Shown: positions 41,294 to 53,261 of the stretch, one piece after another
Numbering within the stretch: position 1 is the stretch's first letter
Layout of the letters: the number at the start of each line of letters is the position of its first letter
Source: Octopus sinensis
Lineage: Eukaryota
Reading direction: 5' to 3'
Assembly (NCBI RefSeq): GCF_006345805.1
Contig: NC_042998.1
Location: forward strand, 146,754,001-146,818,000
DNA: 64,000 nucleotides
Translations under genes and position numbers: made by a program
Notes under the pieces: model-generated
Database searches by the model: none
What the model saw: only the letters and a program-made list of their open reading frames with translations
What the model was told of the DNA's origin: nothing

Positions 41294-41612
41294 TGTATGT
41301 ATATATGCATAGATATGTATATTATATATATATATATATATATATAGATATATATATATATGCATAGATAAGTATATATGTATATATATGCATAGATAAG
41401 TATATATGTATATATACATACATATTCATACATAGATATGTATATATTATCATTATTATTAGAGAAATTGAATCTACGTATGTGTGTGTTTGTGTATGTA
41501 TTATATATATATATATATAGCTAGTTATCAAGTCTCAAGAAGAGATAACATAGTAATGTATATATATATATATATATTCAAAAGAAAGGAATATAATAAA
41601 GAGATGTCTTAC

Positions 41613-41707
41613 CATACGAGATGCACGACGATCATGATGACGGCAGGTACAACCAGATCGTCGGATCCGATGGACCACCTTCGTTTAAATACCACTAAAC
41701 CAGGCAT
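41613..41707 (-). CDS. DAGLA: First coding exon of diacylglycerol lipase (alpha-type / Drosophila inaE-like)
   Basis: Manual minus-strand translation from ATG at 41707 gives MPGLVVFKRRWSIGSDDLVVPAVIMIVVHLV-W(split). This matches the conserved DAGL N-terminus (human DAGLA as recalled: MPGIVVFRRRWSVGSDDLVLPAIFLFLLHTTW). It is followed directly by the splice donor GTAAG at 41612-41608 (phase 2). Alpha versus beta assignment rests on 32 aa only. Confidence 0.9.
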
Positions 41708-42029
41708 CGTGGAAACAGAATGTTTTAATCAGGCTGGTCGTAGAATATCCGGAAATATGTATGCATTTGTTATTTATTCCATTTTATTTCATCCTTTCAT
41801 ATGGTAGGCGAAAATCTTTCCGAAAATATTTGGTTAAAATGCCTCCGAAATAAATCCATGATGACCACAACGAAGTTATATTGGAATATAACTGGGTTGT
41901 TTCAGTTGGATACTTTGATTTTTTTTACTTTCCACTACTGTTTGTCGATTTATGTGTGGTAGTGGTTGATCTGTTTGTTGTTGATATTTAGTACTGAGAG
42001 TTTTACCTTGCTTTGCCAGAGAAATCCTA

Positions 42030-42180
42030 GCTGCAGTCACCCAACAACAGCCGCCTCCGCTGTTGCCGCTGCCGCCGCCGCGATGCAACCGAGTCGTCTG
42101 CTTCGCTGCTGGCAGTGCGCGCGCACCTCTCTGACGTCAGAACCGGAAATGGATGTCTGAAGCTGGTTGACGCGAATTAA
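42030..42180. promoter_or_regulatory. GC/CpG-rich bidirectional promoter between DAGL (-) and EXT2 (+)
   Basis: CpG-dense patch with no recognisable TE origin. It contains a (GCC)n-like tract at 42050-42082, the palindrome GTGCGCGCGCAC at 42115-42126 (NRF1-like), a perfect CRE TGACGTCA at 42132-42139 and an ETS-type ACCGGAAAT at 42142-42150. It lies between divergent genes. Confidence 0.7.
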
Positions 42181-42193
42181 ACCACACGACCAG
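42140..42193 (+). other. EXT2: Probable 5' non-coding exon of EXT2 (start position approximate)
   Basis: CAG|GTAAAT donor at 42193/42194 lies immediately downstream of the promoter motif cluster. The coding exon at 47.1 kb is preceded by a strong acceptor, which implies an upstream UTR exon. Confidence 0.55.
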
Positions 42194-45100
42194 GTAAATT
42201 GCTTTTGCTTATTGTCTCATTCATCAATGTCTTTCTTACTAATTCCACCCACTAACTTATTAACTGTACTTCTAACTTCATCTGGTGCTTGGAATTATAT
42301 ACGAAGTTGATTATTTATAGTCATTAATGTGTTATTTGTTGATACATCTACGATCATAGATCGTTTGTTGGATGTCATTTTCTCTACACAATTTAAAATT
42401 TTAATTTAATTGACGTTGAGAGAAAGGAAAGTCTAATAATTAACATCCTCGATGAAAGATTTCTAACCGTACCCTACATAGAAACGAAGGACTATGTCAA
42501 AATCGTTATGCTTTTCCGTCTTCCTCCGCTTTCCAACTGTTTATATTCTTCACTAATTGCCGACGCAGACAAACCGCCACTCGCTTCATCGGACCTTAAT
42601 GTTTACTTTATTAAAATACTTTTCTCTGATCGCTAGTGATATTAGCTTTACATTGGAACTAACTATATTTTCAGGAGATTCGATAAATGTCTTGATATAT
42701 CAAAATTGGAAATTATCAATTCCTTTGAGATTATTTAATTATTTCTCTTGGGACCATTACAGATGAAACAACTTAAGATCCCAACTTATTGTTTTTGTTT
42801 TCTTTGTGATATCTTTATTTTACCCTGAAATAACATTAACATTTGTTATCAGTTAATCTCATTCTGGAATTTAGAGGAGTATTAACCTGTTGTTTTCTTG
42901 TTATCTTACTCAGCAGTCTTGGAATTCTCTGTCGAAGAACATTATCGGACAGGAAATAAATATCTTAGAATTCCATCTTCGTTGCAATCTTCAAAGTAAT
43001 TACGTTTCTCACATCTGTTCTTAGGAACAGAATTGAAATAGTCCTTCTCCACCTTTGTTTTATTAATTTCGACAACAACCCCCTCAATCTTCTGAAGATT
43101 GAAATAACATCGAATGGGATATTTTGTCGATGAAGATAAATTTGGTAATCAAGGAATCTCGATTTAATTTCTCCCTTAAAAAAGCAAATTATTTTGTTTC
43201 TTAACTCTTGAAATATATTCTTAATGCTCTTAGGAAGAAAGAAAATGTCTGGTACATAATTTCATTTCTTTTTCCAAGTGTCATGTTTTGGTAAGCAGCC
43301 ATCATCATCATCATTAGGCTTTCTACCAATGTTAATCAATTTCGGCCCCGCTTTTTGGATAATTTAACATTCATTACATCACTAATATTACTCTTGAGAA
43401 ACGTATGAACATCACAGTCACAAACCTGCTTCTTATCTACTTAAGAAACATTAATTAAAACTGTAAATTATTTTAAATCAAGGGTCACCCACTTACGCGC
43501 ATTAGGGGTTATTAGCTTTTATAGATAATATCTGTGTATTATGATCCCAGTTCATTTCTACTCTGAAATACTTGTTTACTTATATTTAGTTTAATTGTAT
43601 TATTTAATCCTAGCTATTCCCACTACTTGTATCATTTTACCAATTCCACAGAGATGACTGGAAATCCTAAAACTATTTGACGAGTATATGGTTCAGGACA
43701 TTTTACTTTAATTTAGCGTCTTAAAGTTGAATTTTGTGTCTGTGTACCATTGTAAAAGTCATCATATTTATTAATGTTTTTTAAAAATTATTTATTTAAA
43801 AAATCAAGCGCTGTTTATAGTTGATATATTTGCAGGACACGTTACATACAATGTCATCTGTGTTTTTCTCAGCAGTATAGCAACTCCTGCTATAACCTTG
43901 TGAAATTAAAACATTACTTAAAATTAAATTCCTTTTAGATTCTAGATACCATTTTAATATGGTCAACGGAAGTGAACAGACAAACCACAGGAAGCATGTG
44001 TACATTATCTAAATATCTTACTTCAGACAACAGCTATCCTACACATTCACCATTATCTATGTATTTTTAGATAAATTATAAATATAAAGATGTATAAACT
44101 TTAAACTGACGTTTCCCGAATTCAAGACAAACAGATGGCGCCTTTGGAGTTCAGGACATTCGTGTCAAGTGAAGAGATATTGTTCAGTTTCATTAGTGTA
44201 TACACTTAAAAGTTACTTCTACCTTTTACTTGTTTCAGCTACCGGCCTGCGGCCATGCTAGGGCACCACCTTCGAGTGTTTAGTCGAACAAAAACATTTC
44301 TCCCCTAGTATCTGTTATTTTGTTGGCGTCTTTTACTGAACATCTAAGTTACAAGGATGTAAACAAACCAACACTGGTTGTCAACCGGCGATGGCGGACA
44401 AAGACACGCACTCACACACACATACACCATAATCATCGTCATTTTAACGTCCGTTTTCCAATACTGCATGAATTGGATGGTTTGACAGGACCTGCTGAAC
44501 TGGTGTGCTCCAAGTCAGCTTTGGCACGGTTTCTATGGCAGAATGCCCTTCCAAATATCGACACTTTACAGTGTGTACTGGATGCTATTTTTCGTGCCAT
44601 CAGCACCAATGAGGTTGCCAAGTAACTTGCAAGACAGGAAAGAAGAAAAGCCCTTTTAACTAAGTAGGTGAGTTTTTGAGAGGGCAGAGAGGTGACTTTA
44701 TGGCAGGGACAAGCAGAGGCCTCTTGCTAACTCTGCAGTTATACAAGGGTGAGTAGGAATATCTGGGAGGAAGATAGGATGGTAGTGATGGGGTGCCATA
44801 ACGTCAAGGAACAACAAAGAGGTGGAGTTAGGTGAGAGAGACAGAAATGGCTCAGGAATGATAGTCCAGGGAGTAGGGGATAATGAACAAGGCACAAAAG
44901 TAGTGGAGGAATGAGATATAGATATACATAAAGGTCGTCGTAGTGAAGTGTGTGTGTGTGGTGGCAAACTTAAGCAAGCATTGGGAATGATAGCAGATAT
45001 GAGAGGTGTTAAAATGAAGTATAGCAGAGCAGAGAAGAAATATAGCTGGAGGTATGTGGGGGGATGGAATGATAATGAGAATGAGGGCTGGAATTGTGTG

Positions 45101-45859
45101 TGTGTGGTGTGGTTGGGGGAAGGCAGTAACTGGTAGCACAAAGAGTTAGGGGATGTAATATGTGCCAAGGATAGATGAATGTTGGGGGAAAGGAATGGGT
45201 ATAGGGACAAGGATAGGCTTCCACACAGTTTCTGTCTACCAAATCCACTCACTAGGTATTGATCAGCCTGGGACTACACTTGCCCAATGTTTCATGCGGT
45301 GGGACTGAACCTGAAACTATGTGTTTAGCAATTAAATCTTTAAAAATGTTTGACTTCATCAGTAGCTTGGGATTATTAGAAATTATTTCAAAATCTAGAT
45401 CATTTGTCATATAAATGGTAATAATGACAGAAATGGTACCCAGGTAGTTATATCCTTTTAAGTTTTGAGTTTAAATCCTGCTGAGGTCAATTTTGCTTTC
45501 CAGTTTCCTAGAATCAATGAAATAAGTACCTGTCAAGTAGTGAAGGTGATTTATGTTGTCCCTTCGACTTCCATAATAACAAAATTTGTGTCCTTTTTTC
45601 TGTACCAGAAATCATCATCATATCCATCATCTTCTCTAGATTTTAGATGTAGCTTGTGTCACATCTCTGGCAAAGTGTTTTTGCTTAATCAAAACCTAAG
45701 CCAACAACCAACCGAGATTAGTTATGTTCTTTCATATATTATCACCTTTTTTTTTAAAAAAATTCATTTAGAAGCGCAAAGAAATCATACCATTGAATTC
45801 AGATGCAGCCCAATTAGCTATTTACTTTGTGTCAACCTCTTCATGTTATTATACATGGC

Positions 45860-46308
45860 CGTGGCACGTAAAATACTCCAATGCGACCGTACGACAGGCA
45901 CCCATGCCAACCCCCTTTGCTTGTGAAGACATGTTGGGGCAAGCGAAATCGAAATCAAAATCGAATTGAACCAGCCAGGATCCCTGGTCTGGTGGTACGT
46001 AAAAAGCACTATCCGACTCGTGGCCGATGCCAGCACCGCCTCGACTGGCTTCCGTGCCGGTGGCACATAAAATACACCAATCCGACCGTGGCCGTTGCCA
46101 GCCTCGCCTGGCACCTGTGCAGGTGGCACGTAAAAAGCACCCACTACACTTACGGAGTGGTTGGCGTTAGGAAGGGCATCCAGCTGTAGAAACATTGCCA
46201 GATTAGACTGGAGCCTGGTGCAGCCTTCTGGCTTCCCAGAACCCCGGTCGAACCGTCCAACCCATGCTAGCATGGAGAACGGACGTTAAACGATGATGAT
46301 GATGATGA
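45860..46308 (+). mobile_element. RTE 3'-UTR copy
   Basis: Matches 16320-16700, including TTGTGAAGAC and the (GAT)n tail. Confidence 0.85.
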
Positions 46309-47130
46309 CACAAGTGTGACTGTGTAGGTGAAATGCTTACTTCCCAATCACTTGGTTTCAGGTTCAATCCCACTGCATGACATCTCTGGCAACCATCTTC
46401 CATGGAGTTTATGTAGGCAGATTTTTTATTGCCAGATGCCCTTCTGGCCACTAATCCTCATCTATTTTCAAGCAAGATAATATTTTCCTATGGCCAGACA
46501 GGTTTCCATAGATTACTGGAAAGGATTGACACTGATTGTATGACAGTGACACTCATTTCTCTGTCAATGTCAAGACAATGTGACACAAACACTCATGTGC
46601 ACATGCACGTTCATACTCACACACATCTCGTCATGGTGGATCCTTGAACTCTGTATATTTTCTTTTTCTCTCTCTAGGCTCGAAACGTTAAAAATTTTTC
46701 CTCTATTCCTGAGCATTAAACTAATACACCTGCTTGTTGTTCCTACATCTGTCTTCATCTTTTGTTTTCTGTAAATTTGAACTATATATATATATATATA
46801 TACATACATACATACATACATACATACATGTACAACACCAACTTTCTGGACACTGATGTTCCGGAACCTCCTACAATCCACACTAATGTACAGGTACCTG
46901 TATTTCATTTAATTATTTAAGTAAATTTAATATTTGTTTAATTTAGAGTGTGGTGACCAGCCCATGTTCAGAAAAAATCACTATTTCTGAAAAGCTTTGG
47001 AACCAAAAATTCTGGAAATTGATGTTGTACCTGCACTTTATTTTCTTCCATAAAGTTTGCAAATATTTTCAGTTCACATTTTCTTCTTTCTTTTTCAGTT
47101 TTTTTTTTCTTTTAAAAATAATTACCAGCC

Positions 47131-47630
47131 ATGGTTGGGAGAACTAGAGTGGTGCGAACATTTTATAAAAACAATTACCAATTTATATTAATATTACTGT
47201 TTGTATTACTGCTAAGTGCCATTTTGTTTTGGCCTAATTCAAACAAGCCATCTGAAGTTTACCATTTCAATTTTCAAACTGCTGAAAAAAGTAGAGAAGT
47301 TAAAATCCTGTCAACTAGTTCCCAGCCATTATCTCATAATCAAGACTGCATCTTCCACACATGTATGGATGTTTACCACTGTGGATACAATGATGATACC
47401 AAAATCAGTGTTTACGTATATCCTTTTGAAAAATTTGTGGATGAGAAAGGAATTGGTATTTCTCAGCCCACCTCTCCTGAATTTATGGAAATTGTACAGA
47501 CAATTGCTAATAGTCCATTTTATACACGTTCACCGGAGTCTGCTTGTATATTTGTTCCATCTATTGACATGCTAAATCAAAACACTTTTAGAAGTGAAGA
47601 AATGGGACAAGCTCTTGCAACATTACATTC
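47131..47630 (+). CDS. EXT2: First coding exon of exostosin-2 (heparan sulfate co-polymerase, GT47 N-terminal part)
   Basis: ORF 47131-47634 has a type II signal-anchor (FILILLFVLLLSAILFWP) followed by CIFHTCMDVYHCG...KISVYVY...ACIFVPSIDMLNQN...MGQALATLHS, matching EXT2 (CRMHTCFDVYRCG...ACLFVPSIDVLNQN). Kozak context cagccATGG; donor GTAAGT at 47631 (phase 2); polypyrimidine tract with TTTTCAG acceptor at 47098. Confidence 0.93.
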
Positions 47631-47651
47631 GTAAGTACTGTTTTCTATTTT

Positions 47652-48075
47652 TCATCATCATCTTCATCATCTAACATTGAATTTCCATTGCTTGCATGGG
47701 TCAGATGGAATTTGTTGAGTCATATTTTCTACAGCTGAGATGCCCTTCCTGCCACCAATTGTCACTTATTTTCAAGCAAGATATTTCCCCATGTTGTGGC
47801 ATGTTTTTGCAGAAGACTGGAAATGAACAGTGTTGCTTGTATGATGGTGATGCTCATTTACAACCATCATATGTCAAGAAAAGGGTATACACCAACACAC
47901 ACGCATGCACATGAAAGGCTTCTTTCAGTTTTTCTCTATTGAATCCATTCACAAGGATTTGGTCAGTCTGGGGGATATTGTGGAAATCACCTACCTCAGG
48001 TGCCATGCAGTGGGACAGAACCTGAAATCATGTAGTTTGGTAGCAAACTTCTTAACCACACAATCATACCTGCAT
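47652..48075 (-). mobile_element. tRNA-derived SINE with RTE-type 3' tail
   Basis: It has the same head as the 38803 SINE, but the tail reads GGAAGGGCATCTCAGCTGTAGAAA...CCCATGCAAGCA...(GAT)n, like the RTE 3' UTR. Similar copies lie at 52980-53420, 53880-54315 and 61512-61920. Confidence 0.7.
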
Positions 48076-48714
48076 CTCAATAAAACTATAAAATGTCTGC
48101 AGCTGTCACCTTATCTGCTAACAAAGAACACATATTTTTTCTCTCCAAGTATTGAAATTAATTATGAATTTTTTGAAATTATCTCCTCTTTTAATCAAGA
48201 GTCACAGCTAACACTAGGTTTTGGTTTCCCTTCTCTAACTAAAAGGCAAATTTCAGTTAATTGTTTTGTCCTTTACTTGATTTAGTCATTGGACTGCAGC
48301 CATGCTGGAGCATTGCTTTGAAATGTCTAGTCAAACAAATCAACTTCAGTATTTATTTTTGAAAGTCTGGTATTTATTCTATCAGTTTCTTTTGCCAAAC
48401 TGCTAAGTAATGGGGATGCAAACAAACTTTGTTTGAAAATAAGTGAGAGTTAGTGACAAGAAGGGTGTCTCAGCTATAGAAAATATGCCTCAACAAATTC
48501 CATCTGACTTATGCAGTGTGGGACACACATACACACACATGTATATATACTCATATATGACAGGTTTCTGCATAGTTTCTGTCTACTAAATTCACTCACA
48601 AAGCCCAGATTATAGTAGAAGATACTTGCCCTTGATACTGTGCAGTGGGAGTGAATCTGAAAACCACATGGCTGCAAAGCAAGCCATACTTGTGCCTATT
48701 TGAACATTTTTCTG

Positions 48715-49124
48715 TATGTCATTCAGTTACTTGATTTGTAACTCCCATTTGTCCACTCTACCTGGCTGTAAATAGGTATCACTGCTAGAAAACTAGCAAA
48801 TGTTTCATTTACTTTACAATACTGATTTTAACTTCTTTTAAGGGTATGATGCACCCTTCACAGACACACACATGTGAATATGATCTGCAACTGCATGTCT
48901 AGCTTCTTGCAAAGTCTTATGTCATTCAGTTACTTGATTTGTAACTCCCATTTGTCCACTCTACCTGGCTGTAAATAGGTATCACTGCTAGAAAACTAGC
49001 AAATGTTTCATTTACTTTACAATACTGATTTTAACTTCTTTTAAGGGTATGATGCACCCTTCACAGACACACACATGTGAATATGATCTGCAACTGCATG
49101 TCTAGCTTCTTGCAAAGTCTTATG
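48715..49124 (+). repeat. 203-bp tandem duplication, apparently exact
   Basis: 48715-48917 equals 48918-49120, with TATG microhomology at the junctions. Confidence 0.9.
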
Positions 49125-49945
49125 ATACTTGGATAGCATTGAAAATTTTACAACATCAACCTAAACAACCACATTTTGCCTTAAACTGGTGTTTGATACA
49201 TAAAAATTAACATAAAATTTTGATGCAAAGTTTTAATTTAGGTCACTTTAAACAGGAAATTTTATTGTGCTCCAGTATGGCTGCAGACAAATGAAACAAG
49301 TAAAAGAATAAGTCCAAAGGCCGTTTCAGACAGGTTAATATTAAAAGGTTTACGGAAAATTCTTGTAACTATTGACATTTGATGTTTCTCAGCAATAATT
49401 TAGTCATGGTGTCTCGTTCTAATTAATTATTTGGATGTGTTATGATTCATAATTGAGTTTTGTGTTATATTTTATTATTAATATAAATGCTATGCTTGTG
49501 TGGGAGTTTCAATATAAGAGTTATAACACTAGCTTAAATAACCACTAGATATCACCATAAACAACAGACATTCTCAATAGACTAGAACAAAATTTAATCC
49601 TTAAGCAACTGGCTGTACCTGGCGGAAATATTCTACCTGTTTTATGTTCAAATTGACCAGATCCAGCCTCACACACTGAACCTGTAATGTCATTTTTTGT
49701 CACACAGCTGTGATCTGATCACTGGCACAGTTCTGCTGCATTTCTGTTTTAATTTTTATTTAATATCTTCAACTGTGACATTCATGCCTTTCCTAGACAT
49801 AATCTGATGCTCAGATTACTTTTAGGAAAACCTGTCAAGTTATTGTAGTGTAGGTTTGTATTGCTGTTTTTTTTTCCTAAATTTTAATGAAGCAAGAATC
49901 ATAGGAATTATAGTTCTTCTGTTTCTCATTTGTTATTATTATTAA

Positions 49946-50799
49946 CCCTTCATTAGTCACCTGACCTTGCTGAACATGGTTAGTTATATGGGGTGTTTAC
50001 ACACCCCAATACAAAAATGTTTATAGTTTTAGCATTATGTAAAATATACTCATTCTCTTGGTTCAGAATGTATATCTGCAATCACTGCTGAGAAGTTTGA
50101 AACCCTTGTAGCTGATTGATATAAAACAATACAATAAGATAAATTATAAAATTAAGTTGTGTCTGTGGAGAGTAATTTTCTTTTTGTACCTTATAATCTA
50201 ACTCAATCACCAGTAAAATTTCCACTTTTTTCTTATAGTCAAAACTATTGAAAAAGTTGCAAGACGCAACGAAAATTTTAGGAAAATAAAAATAAGAAAA
50301 AAAGTGGAAATTTTACCAATGAGTGTGTTACATTATAAGGTACAAAAAGAAAATGACTCTTCCCAGACACAACAGAATATGCTTCAACACACGAACTCAT
50401 ATAAAGAATCTTGCAAACCAAATCCAAAAACAAAATATAAAATTAAGGAAAACTAAAAAATCTTAGATTCAGATCATATTTTGAAAATATGCACAGAATA
50501 CACCATTTTGTGGAATTTTTTAATCTCTGTCATGAATATTAACATGAAAAAATAACATAACAAGCAATCTCTGTTACAATATGCATTAAATCAAAACTTG
50601 AACTGCGTTAGTCACATGGGGTGACCAGACAAAAATGATGTCTACCACCCATGACAGTTGAGCCATAACTGCACCACACCACCTGCAGCACACTCTGACT
50701 GAGTCAGAAGAGTAGAGGAAGGGAGCAAAAAAATAAGTTGCCAACTAGAAATTATGAGTATTTAAAAAAATTTCAGGTAACAACACACCCCATGAAGGG
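49946..50799. mobile_element. piggyBac-type MITE with a nested palindromic element
   Basis: TTAA-CCCTTCAT ... ATGAAGGG-TTAA termini; internal inverted repeat at 50156-50373. Confidence 0.6.
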
Positions 50800-53230
50800 T
50801 TAACTCTTGTGTTGAAATATGCTGCCTTTGTTTCAATTAATTTTGAAATTAAGAAGGAACTTAGTAAAATAAGTGTCATTATTAAACTGATATAAGGTTG
50901 TGAACTGGCAAAATTGTTACTGTGCTGAGCAAAATGCTTAGCAGCATTTTGTTTCTTTACATTCTGAATTCAAACTTTGTAACAATTGACTTTACCTTTC
51001 ACCCTTTCAGTGTCAATAAAATAAGTACCAGTTGAGCATTGGAGTAATTGTAATCAACTTAATCCCTCCTCTGAAATTGCTAGCCTTGTGCCAAGATTTG
51101 AAACCATTATTAAAGTGGTGTTTGATACATAAATAAATTAACATGAAATTTTGATGGAAAGTTTTAATTTAGATCACTTTGAACAAGAAGTTTTATCATA
51201 AGATAAAAAGCAGTCTCAGACAGGTTGATATTAAAAGGTTCAAGGAAAATTTTTGTGACTATTGACATCTGGTATCTCTCAGCAATCAGGAAATGGTTTG
51301 GTTATGGTATTTCATATTAATTAATTAATAAGATGTGTTATTTGTAAGTGAGTTTTGTATTACATTTTATCATTAATATAGATTCTATTCTTGTATGAGT
51401 GTTTCAATATAAGATCTAATTTGGTCTTTGTATATCACATGTAGTTCATGAAGTTGTCAATATTCATGTTTACAAATGAATTTATTTTACATAGGACATT
51501 GGCATCACCATTTATGAGAAATGACAGGTACTTATTTTATCAACTCTAGAAGGATTAAAGAATATTAATCTTGGTATGATTTAAACTTGGAATGTAAAAA
51601 GATACAACTAAATAGTATGTAACACTTAGGTAGTGTGCTGTTTAAGTCTTTCATTCATCACCTGAGGAATCTATATTTCTAACTAAAACCTACCCACCAC
51701 AATAGAATTGATTTCCTAAAACCACCTTAGTAAATGCTTGTATGTGCAAAGCTCTGCCCCACTCCCATTCTCACTGCTCCTCCGATCTGATATTATTCAA
51801 CTACCATAATCACCTGAAAGCAAAATGGGTACAAACTACACACTTCTCCTTTCTTTACCTTCCCCTCTCCTCCCCTCCCCAAAACAGTTTCCATTCCTCA
51901 TCTTCTTCCAGTCAAGCTCCTTCCTCTGTGCTTAACTCTATCCCTAACACTTCCTTTATCCTCTATCATTCTCAGTGCCATCATGTATGTAACCTAAGCC
52001 CTCCCCCTGAGCCATTCCTATATATCTCACCTTCAGTTACTACAGCCTCCTCTATCCCATCTAACCATCTCCTCTCATATTCTTATGAAATATTCCTCTC
52101 TGTCCCCACCCCCTCAGTACAATCCTCTGTATCACTTCACCTATTATTTTTCCCCACTACACATTGAAACTGTGTTCTGAGTCATATTCACCACCATCTC
52201 TCCCACCTTCCTTATCTCTATCTTCCTCTCTATGTGTCCTCCCTTCTTCTCCAACTGGGATATCCTTTTATTTCTTCTACAGCAAGACACCTATCTCTGT
52301 CCTTCTATCATTCTTTTAACCTCACATCAGCTGGTACAAAGCTACCTCCCTTGATACTCCCTGCCACCAATCAAGGGGATGTTGTCTTGTCTTGCAAGTT
52401 ACTTGGTGACCCCACCAGTGCTATTGTAACAAAAAAAGTACTCAGTACACTTTGTAAAATAGTTGTCATTAGGAAGTGCATCCAGCCGCAGAAATCATGC
52501 TAAAACAGACAATAGCATTTGGCATAGCCCTCTGGCTTGCCAGCTCTTGTTAAATCGTCCAACCCATGCCAGCATAGAGGACAAACATTCATAAGCAGAG
52601 GTGTAAATTTCATGAGCAGGTATGTGAAATCCCTTTGGTTATATCGAGGAAGTCCTTCTATGCTTGCTATCTGATAGGGCTAGCTCTGAACACACTGTAG
52701 ACTCTTTTGTTTTGTCAAAGACATGGCTATCTCTCTAATACTGCTGCCATGAAAAACACACCCTGTATACTTATCTGTAAAATGGCTGCTGTTAGGAAGG
52801 GCTTCCAGCTGTAGAAACTAACTGGGATGCAGTTACTATGACCCATCTACATAAGCACCACTTCAGAAGATGTGCTGATTCTGACTGTGGTATTTTGTCT
52901 TATCTATCCCAGCATGGAAAGTGAATAAAATAATGATGATGAAGAAAGGAGAAATAGACACCAGAACATTCCAATGAATCATCATCATCATTGCCATTTT
53001 AATGTCTACTTTTCCATGCTTACAAGGGTCAGATGGAATTCATTGAAACAGATTTTCTTTGGGCAGAAGCCTTTCAAGTCTCCAAACCTCACTTGTTTGT
53101 AAGCGAGTAGTATTTCCCCATAACCAAACATGTTTTCATGGAAGATTAGAAATGAATGGCTTTGCTTGTAAGACAGTGACACTCATTTACAATTATCATG
53201 TGATTTTTAAAATAAGGTGTGCGTGCACGT

Positions 53231-53261
<31 letters not shown>

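Noticed and set aside
41876-42160. ORFs 41876-42088 (-) and 41966-42160 (+) with Gly/Ala runs
   Set aside because: Both use non-ATG starts and arise from the GCC-rich promoter/5' UTR tract; no recognisable homology.
51742-52330. Ser/Pro/Leu-rich ORFs (also 44698-45252, 36089-36472 and 55534-55815)
   Set aside because: These are low-complexity purine/pyrimidine-skewed tracts with no splice or homology support.
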